Shown in pieces: positions 1 through 8,832 of a stretch of 64,000 nucleotides of DNA. The translations under genes were made by a program, and so were the position numbers. Origin of the DNA: Alphaproteobacteria bacterium (GTDB lineage: Bacteria; Pseudomonadota; Alphaproteobacteria; RF32; CAG-239); the NCBI GenBank assembly GCA_900769705.1, contig CAAGHP010000016.1, positions 13,210 to 77,209 on the forward strand, given 5' to 3'. Position 1 is the stretch's first letter. Each line of letters starts with the position of its first letter. The notes below the pieces were generated by a model. The model saw only the letters and a list, made by a program, of their open reading frames with translations. It was not told the origin of the DNA and did no database searches.

Positions 1-7
1 TTGTTGC

Positions 8-526
8 TTATTTTTTGAGTTTTGCCAGCACGGCAAACGGATTTTCTTTTTTAGGCCCTTCCAAATCGCAATACAGCGAACCGTCAAAAATTTCTCCGTC
101 AGCTCTCGGATAATCTTCTAAATTCAAAGCAATCTGTTCAATCGCGATATCAGCTAAATTGATGCAGCCGTTTTCAATAATATCCGGCACTTCGTCTTCA
201 ATATTACATTCCAGCTCTTTGATATCATTATAAGTAGCGCGGGTATCAAAATTCAGTTCAAACGGAACTTCATAGTCTTTAATAAAATTATTGAGTGTGA
301 TTACGCTTTTGAGCTCTATTTTGGCAAAAACTTTGCCCCAAACGCGCAGATTGTTGGCGCGGTTGTTGAGCTTTAATAAAATTTCCGCTTTGAATTCATG
401 CACTTTTTCTACTTGCAATACCTGAGTTATATCCTCAAGTTCAGCCGTGTCGGCTTTAATTTCGTATTTATAGTCTGATTGTTTTAAATCCTCAATTTTA
501 ATCGGATATGAAAAATTTTTTTGCAT
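8..526 (-). CDS. YceD/DUF177-like protein (large-subunit rRNA accumulation protein family)
   Basis: 172-aa ORF; acidic, Cys-containing C-terminal half typical of DUF177; size and upstream-of-ribosomal/fatty-acid-cluster style context. Confidence 0.5.
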   Translation of the reverse strand: MQKNFSYPIKIEDLKQSDYKYEIKADTAELEDITQVLQVEKVHEFKAEILLKLNNRANNLRVWGKVFAKIELKSVITLNNFIKDYEVPFELNFDTRATYNDIKELECNIEDEVPDIIENGCINLADIAIEQIALNLEDYPRADGEIFDGSLYCDLEGPKKENPFAVLAKLKK

Positions 527-581
527 TCTGAAATCCTTGTGTTATATATAGCTTAATGTAAAAATATAAGGATAATAAAAT

Positions 582-1037
582 ATGTCAATACGCAAAATGC
601 TTTTTATGTTTGCTCTAATGTTTGTTTCAGCCTGTTCAAATGATTGGTTTTTGGTGCATAACGGCAATATGCCCGTAAACGAAAAAATTGCCGATGTGCA
701 TTTGGGGCAAAGCAAGCAAGATGTAATGAATATTTTGGGAGCTCCGAGTCTGACCACCGGTTTGAGCGATGACCATTGGATTTATATGGCTTCAACCATG
801 AAAAAAGTGGCGTTTTTCCGTCCGGAAGAATTGAATAGAAAGGTATTGGCTATAACCTTTGATGACGGACAAATCAGCAAAATTGAAAAACTGACTTTGG
901 CTGACGGCAACAATCTGAAAATAGATACGGATATTACGGAATCTACCGAGCAGGAACAAGGATTTTTCCGTAAATATTTCGGCGGCGTAGGTTCATATAT
1001 GCCGTTCGGCGGTACAAATTCCGGAAAGGAACTCTGA
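582..1037 (+). CDS. bamE: BamE (SmpA/OmlA)-like outer-membrane lipoprotein
   Basis: 151 aa; signal peptide ending in lipobox-like 'FVSACS'; 'GQSKQDVMNILGAPS' SmpA/OmlA-type motif. Confidence 0.45.
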   Translation: MSIRKMLFMFALMFVSACSNDWFLVHNGNMPVNEKIADVHLGQSKQDVMNILGAPSLTTGLSDDHWIYMASTMKKVAFFRPEELNRKVLAITFDDGQISKIEKLTLADGNNLKIDTDITESTEQEQGFFRKYFGGVGSYMPFGGTNSGKEL

Positions 1038-1038
1038 G

Positions 1039-2325
1039 ATGATTGAAAATTTACCGGTAAAATTAAATCAAATTTTAGCAAATTTCGGGATAAGCGGCGG
1101 TTCTTTCGGACAAATAAGCGACGGTCCGTTGGTTACGGACGTTGAATATAAACTGCCTGAGGGAACGCCTTTCAGCCGCATTCAAAAGTTTGAGCGCGAT
1201 ATCGGACGTGAACTGGGGATAACCGGCGTGCGTATTTCTGAAATTCCTAATTCGGTGTATATTCAAATTGAAGTGCCGCAAGCCGAACCGCAATCAGTGG
1301 CGTTTGGTCCTATTTTATATTCTGCTGAATTTTTGAAAGCCAACTATGCGCTGCCGATTTGTCTTGGTGTGGATATGCGCGGTAATCCGATAATGAAAGA
1401 CTTGTCTAAAATGCCGCATTTGCTGGTGGCCGGTACTACCGGTTCCGGCAAGTCGGTTGGGCTGAATTCTTTTATTGTGTCGTTGATACATAAAAAAACT
1501 CCGCAAGAACTGCAATTTGTTTTGATTGATCCAAAACGTATTGAATTCAGTGTCTATAATAATCAAAAATATATGCTGCGTCCGGTAATTACCGATATGA
1601 ATATTGCCAGCATATGTTTAAGCCAATTAGTCGGAGAAATGAACAATCGCTACACTTTGTTTGAGCAGCAGACAGTTCGTAATATTGCGGAATATAACGC
1701 CAAAGCAAATGTTAAACTGCCATACATTGTTTGCGTGATTGATGAATTTGCTGACCTGATAATGTTTGATAAATCTGTGGAACAGCAGGTGCAGATGCTG
1801 GCGCAAAAATCTCGTGCCGCCGGTATCCATTTGATTATAGCCACCCAACGTCCGTCAGTTGACGTTATCACCGGCAGCTTAAAAGCCAACCTGCCAACCA
1901 GACTTTCTTATAAAGTAGCAAGTCCGGCAGATTCTATAACTATATTGAACACGACCGGTGCAGAAACTCTAATCGGGCGCGGAGATTCGCTGTTTTTGGA
2001 AGAAAACGGCACATTAACACGTATTTTAGGTGCTTTTATTTCGGATTACGATATAGAAAACGCTCTTGCACCATATCGCTGCCAAATGCCAAAGCAAACC
2101 ACAGCCTATGAACTGGAACAGGCCAAATATGCCGAGCAAAAAGAAGAACAGAAAAAAGCTGTTGCAGAGAAAAAGTCAGGTGGATTTTTCGTTTGGATTT
2201 GCGATATGTGGAATCGTTTAGGTGTCCGCAACCAAACCAAAATTATCAAAGCTTTATTTTCGTTTGTTTTCGGTATGCTGGGAGCTAAAACAAGTTCCAG
2301 TACCACCACGCGCCGCCGGCGTTGA
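1039..2325 (+). CDS. FtsK/SpoIIIE-family DNA translocase ATPase, motor domain only (no N-terminal TM, no gamma domain)
   Basis: Walker A 'GTTGSGKSVGLNS'; 'VIDEFADL' Walker B; FtsK beta-domain-like N-terminus; unrelated Ser/Arg-rich tail in place of a gamma domain. Confidence 0.7.
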   Translation: MIENLPVKLNQILANFGISGGSFGQISDGPLVTDVEYKLPEGTPFSRIQKFERDIGRELGITGVRISEIPNSVYIQIEVPQAEPQSVAFGPILYSAEFLKANYALPICLGVDMRGNPIMKDLSKMPHLLVAGTTGSGKSVGLNSFIVSLIHKKTPQELQFVLIDPKRIEFSVYNNQKYMLRPVITDMNIASICLSQLVGEMNNRYTLFEQQTVRNIAEYNAKANVKLPYIVCVIDEFADLIMFDKSVEQQVQMLAQKSRAAGIHLIIATQRPSVDVITGSLKANLPTRLSYKVASPADSITILNTTGAETLIGRGDSLFLEENGTLTRILGAFISDYDIENALAPYRCQMPKQTTAYELEQAKYAEQKEEQKKAVAEKKSGGFFVWICDMWNRLGVRNQTKIIKALFSFVFGMLGAKTSSSTTTRRRR

Positions 2326-2327
2326 TT

Positions 2328-2933
2328 TCAGCAATGTCCGGTAATGTTCACAAAACGCTCCAGAGGAATGTTGGTTTCGCCTAATGCGCGTTGCCATTTT
2401 TCCTCGTCCGGTGTGCGGAACAAAATATCTTTATCTGCCTCAATAACCAACCAATCATTATTGTAAATTTCGGCTTCCAGTTGCCGCGGCTGCCAAAAAG
2501 AATAGCCTAAAGCCACCAGTTTTTCTTTTGGCCCATGACCAAAAGCAATATCCGAAATAATCTCTGAAGTAGAAGACACAGCCAGCCCATCGGCAACCGT
2601 AACTGTGCCGTCACGCATATAATCGGTGGTGTGCAAAACCATACCTCGTACTTGTTCCAGCGGTCCGCCGGTATAAAGGTTGACTTCATTTAATTTTTCA
2701 TAGTTTTTAACCGGCAGCTGAAAAGTCAAATCGGAAAACGTAAATTTATCCATACGTTTATTGATAATTAGTCCCATGGCGCCGTTGTTGCTGTGCGAGC
2801 AAATATAAACAACCGAACGCGAAAAACAGTCGCTGCCGTCCAAACTCGGCATAGCCACCAAAAATTTGCCCGTAAGGGCATATCTGTTGTCAAAACTGCT
2901 TGTAATTTCATCAGTCATCATTATATCTGCCAA
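2328..2933 (-). CDS. YqgE/AlgH family protein (UPF0301)
   Basis: 201 aa; 'GGPLEQ...G' and overall similarity to the YqgE/AlgH family. Confidence 0.5.
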   Translation of the reverse strand: MADIMMTDEITSSFDNRYALTGKFLVAMPSLDGSDCFSRSVVYICSHSNNGAMGLIINKRMDKFTFSDLTFQLPVKNYEKLNEVNLYTGGPLEQVRGMVLHTTDYMRDGTVTVADGLAVSSTSEIISDIAFGHGPKEKLVALGYSFWQPRQLEAEIYNNDWLVIEADKDILFRTPDEEKWQRALGETNIPLERFVNITGHC

Positions 2934-3011
2934 ATATATTATTATTTACATTTTATAAATTTAGTTTATCATAAAATTTGCAAATTTAAACATTTAAATA
3001 AGTCGCACATC

Positions 3012-5720
3012 ATGAAAAAACTATTAACTTATATAATTTTTTTAATTTTTGTTTTCAAGAGCTTTGCCGCTTATTCTGCTGAACCGCAGTTACCTGATGA
3101 CTTTAAAGGGTTGAATATGCGCGAGCGGCTGGCTGAACTTGCTGATGATGAAAGAGCCGAGCTTCCTTTGCTGCAAAGAATTTTGATTATGTATGAAATC
3201 GGAAATTATTTTAATAATAAGTATCCGAATGATGAAGTTTATGATGAAGATTTTGATGAAAAGTTGAAACCTTTTTTCCCAAACGCCGATGAATATCAGC
3301 TGCGTAAATACACAAATTTGCTGCGCACCGGTATAACCGTATATCGGCTGGGGCGTTTTGTGTATAACAAATATGTAACGCAAAAGCTGGTGCCGGCAGC
3401 TTATCGGCAAGTGCATTCCGAAAGTGATTTTGACCATCCAGACGAGGTTAAGTATCAGGAGGCTCCGACCGGAGAATTTATAAAAGTTTATAATTTCAAA
3501 AAATTTTTGACCTATAGCCATAATCCTGAAGAGCGGAAAGCAATTGAAGATTATAAAAAACTTCAGACTTCAAAAGATGATGTTTATGCTCAGTTTGAAT
3601 ATGCTTTGACGCATATCGAATGGAAAAAACTGCTGCTGTACGGGGAAAAATATAAGAATCCTTTGCTTTCGGATTTTGGAGTTGGAGAATTTGAGGAAGG
3701 TTTGGATGTCAGAGTGAGACTGCTGTCTGACGCCACTACTATTAACGGACAGAAAGAGTTTTATGCAGGACTGCAAGTCAATACGGAAAATAATAAGTTT
3801 GTATTGGCCAATAATTTGGCAAGTGATATGCAAAAGCCTCGGATAGATTTGCAAAAATCCAAAAATTTGGAAAGCTATCAGGTTTTGTATCCGGCACCGC
3901 AGAATTCTGTTTCTTTTCCGTTTGCTTACAAATATTTCGGCAATTTTCTCATTCCGATAAAAGTAACGGTAAAAAATCCGGAAGAGCCTCTGCTGCTGAA
4001 TGCTAAAGTAAATATGACGGTATGCGACGGAGCTTTGGCCTGTTTGGAACAAAGTTTTGAGCCGAAACTTATTGTTTTGACCGGAAAGGATTTTTCGTTT
4101 ACCAACGGTTATCAAAATTTCTTTCAGCAAAACATAAATATGCTGCCGAATAACGAATCGGAAAAGCTTAAATTGGAAAAATTTGTGGTTGATAAAGATG
4201 CTGACGGCGAATCTTTGCGGCTGGAATTTGAGTTGAACGGCGATATGGAAAGTTTTAATATTTTTATTGAAGACACAGACGGATATAATTTATTTTCGGT
4301 TCCGTTTATCAGTATTCAGGATAATAAAATTTTTGTCCGTTTTGAGCCTCTGAATAAGCATGCAAAACTGGAAAATACCGAGTATATAATCACAACCGTG
4401 CTGAACGGTTATGAGGCTTACCGTACAACCAGACTGGTGGCGCAAGCAGCATTGTTTGACACCGAAACGGCCTCTTTGAGCTTGGGACTGCTGTTGCTTG
4501 CAGTTTTGGGCGGTTTTATTCTTAATTTTATGCCGTGTGTATTTCCGGTTTTGTCGCTTAAAATCATCAGTTTGAGCCGAGCGCAGTCAATGCAGCAAAA
4601 ACGTCTGAAAAAATCGCTTTTTATAACGGTATGCGGCATTTTCAGTGGATTTACAATTTTGATTGTGCTGTTGCTGGCGGCAAAGTTTGCCGGATATTCT
4701 TTAGGCTGGGGCATGCAATATCAAAATATGACATTTTTAGTTATAATGTCGTTTGCTTTGGCTGGTTTTATGCTGATTTTACCAAGACTGCAAAGTTCAA
4801 GGCTGCAAAATATCAGTGTTTCGCAAGAAAAAAAACTTGGCTTTTTAATAGGTAATCTGATTGTGTTGCTGTCTACGCCGTGTACAGGACCATATCTGGC
4901 GACAGCTGTAGGTTTTGCTCTGGGTGGCAGCTATTCCGATATTATCCAGATAATGTATGCTGTGGCTTTGGGCTTGAGTATTCCGTATCTGCTAGCTTTG
5001 ACGATAAATAATCCGGAAACTTTGCTGCCAAAGCCCGGAAGCTGGCTGAATGTGCTGCAGAGTTGCATGCGCTTGATGCTGTTTTTGACTATTTGCTGGT
5101 TTGCTGTGCTGATTTATAATCAAACTGATTCTAATTGCGTGTTGATTTTGGCTGTATTTTTGCTGATATTTTGCGGAGTATTTGTCTTATATCGCCGTTT
5201 TACGGATTATTTAGATGGAGTTTTTGATGAAAGCGTAACGCTGGAAGTTATTGAGCGTCTGCGCAAAATCAGCCGAATAGCAATTTGCGGCTTATTTGCG
5301 GTTTTGGTTACCATAATGTCGTTTTATGCCGAAAATTCGCATCAGCATAATTTGCTTGAAAATGCCGTAACAAGGCAAACATTTTTAGATAAAAAAATGA
5401 TTGCCGAAAAGCTGGGAGCAGGGCGTTCAGTACTGTTGGAGATTGGAGCTGATTGGTGCTTGACCTGCCATTATAACGGCGTGATGACGCTGACGGATAA
5501 AAATTTAAAAATTTGGAATGAAATCTATAATATGGACTTTGTTAAAGTCGATTGGACCAATTATAATAAAGAGGTTTTGGATTTTATGGCTAAATACGGT
5601 CGCAAAGGATTGCCTTTTTATATTCTGTATACGCCGCTGATGCGCGACGGTCTGGTGTTGCCGGAGATTTTTACAAGCCGAGAGTTGGAAAATATTTTGC
5701 AGACATCGGCGCTGCGATAA
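3012..5720 (+). CDS. DsbD-family thiol:disulfide interchange protein with a long N-terminal periplasmic extension
   Basis: Start reassigned to 'MKKLLTYIIF' (signal peptide). Periplasmic Cys pair 'CDGALAC'; multi-TM core with 'MPCVFPVLSLK' and 'TPCTGP'; C-terminal thioredoxin-like 'WCLTC' CxxC. The track ORF's first 73 aa are a spurious extension. Confidence 0.6.
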   Translation: MKKLLTYIIFLIFVFKSFAAYSAEPQLPDDFKGLNMRERLAELADDERAELPLLQRILIMYEIGNYFNNKYPNDEVYDEDFDEKLKPFFPNADEYQLRKYTNLLRTGITVYRLGRFVYNKYVTQKLVPAAYRQVHSESDFDHPDEVKYQEAPTGEFIKVYNFKKFLTYSHNPEERKAIEDYKKLQTSKDDVYAQFEYALTHIEWKKLLLYGEKYKNPLLSDFGVGEFEEGLDVRVRLLSDATTINGQKEFYAGLQVNTENNKFVLANNLASDMQKPRIDLQKSKNLESYQVLYPAPQNSVSFPFAYKYFGNFLIPIKVTVKNPEEPLLLNAKVNMTVCDGALACLEQSFEPKLIVLTGKDFSFTNGYQNFFQQNINMLPNNESEKLKLEKFVVDKDADGESLRLEFELNGDMESFNIFIEDTDGYNLFSVPFISIQDNKIFVRFEPLNKHAKLENTEYIITTVLNGYEAYRTTRLVAQAALFDTETASLSLGLLLLAVLGGFILNFMPCVFPVLSLKIISLSRAQSMQQKRLKKSLFITVCGIFSGFTILIVLLLAAKFAGYSLGWGMQYQNMTFLVIMSFALAGFMLILPRLQSSRLQNISVSQEKKLGFLIGNLIVLLSTPCTGPYLATAVGFALGGSYSDIIQIMYAVALGLSIPYLLALTINNPETLLPKPGSWLNVLQSCMRLMLFLTICWFAVLIYNQTDSNCVLILAVFLLIFCGVFVLYRRFTDYLDGVFDESVTLEVIERLRKISRIAICGLFAVLVTIMSFYAENSHQHNLLENAVTRQTFLDKKMIAEKLGAGRSVLLEIGADWCLTCHYNGVMTLTDKNLKIWNEIYNMDFVKVDWTNYNKEVLDFMAKYGRKGLPFYILYTPLMRDGLVLPEIFTSRELENILQTSALR

Positions 5721-5737
5721 GGCTCTGATATATAAAT

Positions 5738-6700
5738 TTACATGCGGCTGTTTTGAGCTTTTTGAACAGCAGTTTGACTTTGCTGAAAATCTTTGGCTTG
5801 AGCGTAATAAGTATTATTGCCGCCGAGGTTGGCAAATTCAATAACTCTTTTATCTCCGCCAAACCAAGCGTATTTAGGAGCTTTTGCCGCAGATGGTGCT
5901 GTTTGGCAGTGTTTTTTGAAATTATTTATGGTTTGATTGTCTTTTTTCAAAACCGTATAGTTGCCTTTTGCATCTTTTTTTAAAACATCAGTAACTTTTA
6001 AGCCGCGCTGACCGCCGACGTAGAAAGCGTTTATATCCGCAGGCTGTAGATATCCCATATAAGTATAAAGCTCGGCGGCGCGGCGGATGGCTAAATGATC
6101 AACAAATTTTTCTTTTTTGGTAGAAACTCTTTTCATAAAATATTTTTCAATCGCGGCTTTATCATTTTTGTTAATAGCTTCAGCCAGCGGAGATTTTTTG
6201 CCGTTTACTCCCAGAACACTGGTGCCGCTGTTGTAGCACAGGCTGACTATAGCAGCTGTTTCATTTGGGGATAATTTGCGCGTAATATATTTATCCATAG
6301 CCGGATATACTTCTCTTTCCAGATGAGAAATTACGTAGTTGTAAACTTGATTGTTATTTATGAGACGGTCGTGTTGTGTTACTCTTTCTCCGCTTGGGCG
6401 TTTGGTGTTGCCGATGCCAATAGTCCAAATTCCGACTTGGTCTTTATAAGCTTTGCGGACACAACCTTCATAAAATACCAGCTGCTGCATTATTTGGCTT
6501 TCGGCGGGACGGTATTTGGCATACTTATCGGTATTGACCGTGATTTCTTTTTTATTTGGTTTCGCTGATTTTGCGGCTGCGGCTTGAGCTTGTAAAGAAG
6601 CTGCAGGCGATAAGACAACGGACGAGGCTAACAGCGCTGTAGCAAAATTTCTTTTTCGAACTGAATTTTTGTTTTTGTCATTTTCTAATTCGTCGGTCAT
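5738..6700 (-). CDS. secreted GH24 (phage-type) lysozyme-like muramidase with C-terminal extension
   Basis: N-terminal signal-like 'RKRNFATALLASSVVLSPAASLQAQA'; GH24 core 'EGCVRKAYKDQVGIWTIGIGNT'; ~120-aa Lys-rich C-terminal tail. Confidence 0.5.
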   Translation of the reverse strand: MTDELENDKNKNSVRKRNFATALLASSVVLSPAASLQAQAAAAKSAKPNKKEITVNTDKYAKYRPAESQIMQQLVFYEGCVRKAYKDQVGIWTIGIGNTKRPSGERVTQHDRLINNNQVYNYVISHLEREVYPAMDKYITRKLSPNETAAIVSLCYNSGTSVLGVNGKKSPLAEAINKNDKAAIEKYFMKRVSTKKEKFVDHLAIRRAAELYTYMGYLQPADINAFYVGGQRGLKVTDVLKKDAKGNYTVLKKDNQTINNFKKHCQTAPSAAKAPKYAWFGGDKRVIEFANLGGNNTYYAQAKDFQQSQTAVQKAQNSRM

Positions 6701-6868
6701 TTTATCCTCCGTATGACTTATTTCTTAATTATAGCGTAAAAACAAATGAAGGTCAATCAAATTATACAAAAAACAAAAAATTGAGGCTGTTTTGACAATA
6801 ACATATCTTGACAAGCAAAATACTTATTTATATACCTCTATAAATAAGATGTTATATGGAGAAATAAT

Positions 6869-8425
6869 ATGCTGAAAAAACTTATTTTGTTGTTGGCTGT
6901 TTCCGGTATTGCCGTCGGCAGCTGGTATGGTTGGCAGGAATACAGTGCCAATCGGGAGAGTGTCTTGAAAAGCCATATTGAAAAAGACTTTTCGTTTGAC
7001 AGTGTTGTCCGCAAAGCACGTAAATTGGCCGGCGAACCGTATCAAATGCCGAATACTTCACTGCCGGAAGAATTAAACAATTTAAGCTATGATGAACACC
7101 GCGATATTCGTTTTGTACGTGAAAACGGTCCGTGGTATAATCAAAATCTGCCTTATGAAATTCAATTTTTCCATTTGGGAAATATTTTTCAGATTTCTGT
7201 GCCGATTAACGAGGTTATAGACGGTGTTTCGCAAAGCATTAAATATTCCAGTAAGTTTTTTGACTACGGCAAAAATAATCTGCATACCGAACAGTTTGAA
7301 AATTTAGGCTATGCCGGTTTTAGAATCCACAGCCCGCTCAATACGTCGGCTTATTTTGATGAGCTGGTAACATTTTTGGGCGCCAGTTATTTCCGCGGCT
7401 TGGCAAAAGGGCAAAAGTACGGGCTTTCGGCACGCGGCTTGGCGATTGATACGGCGGAAATGACCGGAGAAGAATTTCCGGTATTCAAAGAATTTTGGGT
7501 GGAAAAACCAAAGCCTAAAGATAAATTTATCAAGCTTTATGCGTTGCTTGACAGTAAGAGCGTAAGCGGCGCCTATAGCTTTAAGATTATTCCGGGGACA
7601 AACACTATCATGGATATTGAAGCCCGCTTATTTGCTCGCGCCGATATTAAAAAAATTGGCATTGCACCGCTGACATCTATGTTTTTGTTTGGCGAAAATA
7701 ATAAGCATGAATTTGACGACTATCGTCCGGAAGTGCATGACAGCGATGGTTTGCTGATTCATAACGGCAATGATGAATGGCTGTGGCGTCCGCTGGATAA
7801 TTCTAAACATCTGCGCATCAGCTCGTTTATGGATAACAATCCAAAAGGCTTCGGTCTGCTGCAGCGCGACCGCGATATTGAAAACTATTTGGACTTTGAG
7901 GCAAATTATCAAGACCGTCCGAGCGCTTGGGTTGAGCCGTTAAACGATTGGGGCAAAGGTTTGGTGCAGCTGGTGGAAATTCCGTCTTTGCAGGAAATTC
8001 ATGATAATATTGTGGCTTATTGGGTGCCGGAACAGATGATAAAAGCCGGCGGAGAATATGATTTTTCGTATCGTCTGATTTGGCTGAATGAAGTTATGAA
8101 AGAGCGTGAGTTGGCCGCTGTTGTGGCAACACGCACCGGAGTCGGAGGCGTTTCAGGCATCAATTTAGGCAATACCGACCGCAAGTTTGTGATAGATTTT
8201 GCAGGTAAAGGTTTGAATGCTGAATTTGCCAAAAATAATATCAAACCGCAGGTTTCAGCAATTAAAGGTAAAATTAACGGCGTCAGCAGCATATACAATC
8301 CTGTTACCAAAGGAATTACCGTTTATGTCGATTATCATCCTGAAGACGGCGATGAAATTCGCGTGCTGCTGACAAAAGATGAAAATCCGATTTCAGAAGT
8401 ATGGAGTTATCAATGGTTAAACTAA
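6869..8425 (+). CDS. opgG: glucans biosynthesis protein G (periplasmic OPG biosynthesis)
   Basis: 518 aa with signal peptide; MdoG-family similarity throughout; sits upstream of opgH. Confidence 0.75.
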   Translation: MLKKLILLLAVSGIAVGSWYGWQEYSANRESVLKSHIEKDFSFDSVVRKARKLAGEPYQMPNTSLPEELNNLSYDEHRDIRFVRENGPWYNQNLPYEIQFFHLGNIFQISVPINEVIDGVSQSIKYSSKFFDYGKNNLHTEQFENLGYAGFRIHSPLNTSAYFDELVTFLGASYFRGLAKGQKYGLSARGLAIDTAEMTGEEFPVFKEFWVEKPKPKDKFIKLYALLDSKSVSGAYSFKIIPGTNTIMDIEARLFARADIKKIGIAPLTSMFLFGENNKHEFDDYRPEVHDSDGLLIHNGNDEWLWRPLDNSKHLRISSFMDNNPKGFGLLQRDRDIENYLDFEANYQDRPSAWVEPLNDWGKGLVQLVEIPSLQEIHDNIVAYWVPEQMIKAGGEYDFSYRLIWLNEVMKERELAAVVATRTGVGGVSGINLGNTDRKFVIDFAGKGLNAEFAKNNIKPQVSAIKGKINGVSSIYNPVTKGITVYVDYHPEDGDEIRVLLTKDENPISEVWSYQWLN

Positions 8426-8832
8426 AAGTTCAGAGCGCTGAAGATATTGTTGCTGCATATCTGACTTGTTTGGGCTTGAAAAAAAGTGATGCTCCGCAAG
8501 TGCTTAGCTTCTATCCGCAGTTGGCAGAATCCGGCAATATTATGGCTGAGCTTGATGATATAATATACCAGAAAGCTAGGAGTATTTATAAGCTGAAAAT
8601 GGCAAAAGTTCAGCTTGTTGCTGTGTATAAAGCAGCATTTGCTGATATCGGAGCTGCTAAAGAATATGGAGCTGAAGCATTGTTGCCGGAATTTGATGAT
8701 AAAAATTTTGCAGCGGCGATGCGGCAGGCTTATATTGAAGCTGCTCCATCGTATAAACTGACAGAAATGCCAACACAGAAAATTGAAACAATTCAGCTGC
8801 ATAAACACAAATCCAAGGGAGAAAAAAAGTGA
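8401..8832 (+). CDS. hypothetical protein between opgG and opgH
   Basis: 143-aa ORF overlapping both neighbours; no recognisable motif; the antisense ORF is larger, so coding status is uncertain. Confidence 0.25.
   Translation: MELSMVKLKVQSAEDIVAAYLTCLGLKKSDAPQVLSFYPQLAESGNIMAELDDIIYQKARSIYKLKMAKVQLVAVYKAAFADIGAAKEYGAEALLPEFDDKNFAAAMRQAYIEAAPSYKLTEMPTQKIETIQLHKHKSKGEKK

Noticed and set aside
2793-3011. 73-aa N-terminal extension of the DsbD-family ORF overlapping the YqgE gene
   Set aside because: The extension overlaps a convergent gene and has no signal peptide. A proper Met followed by a classic signal peptide occurs at 3012.
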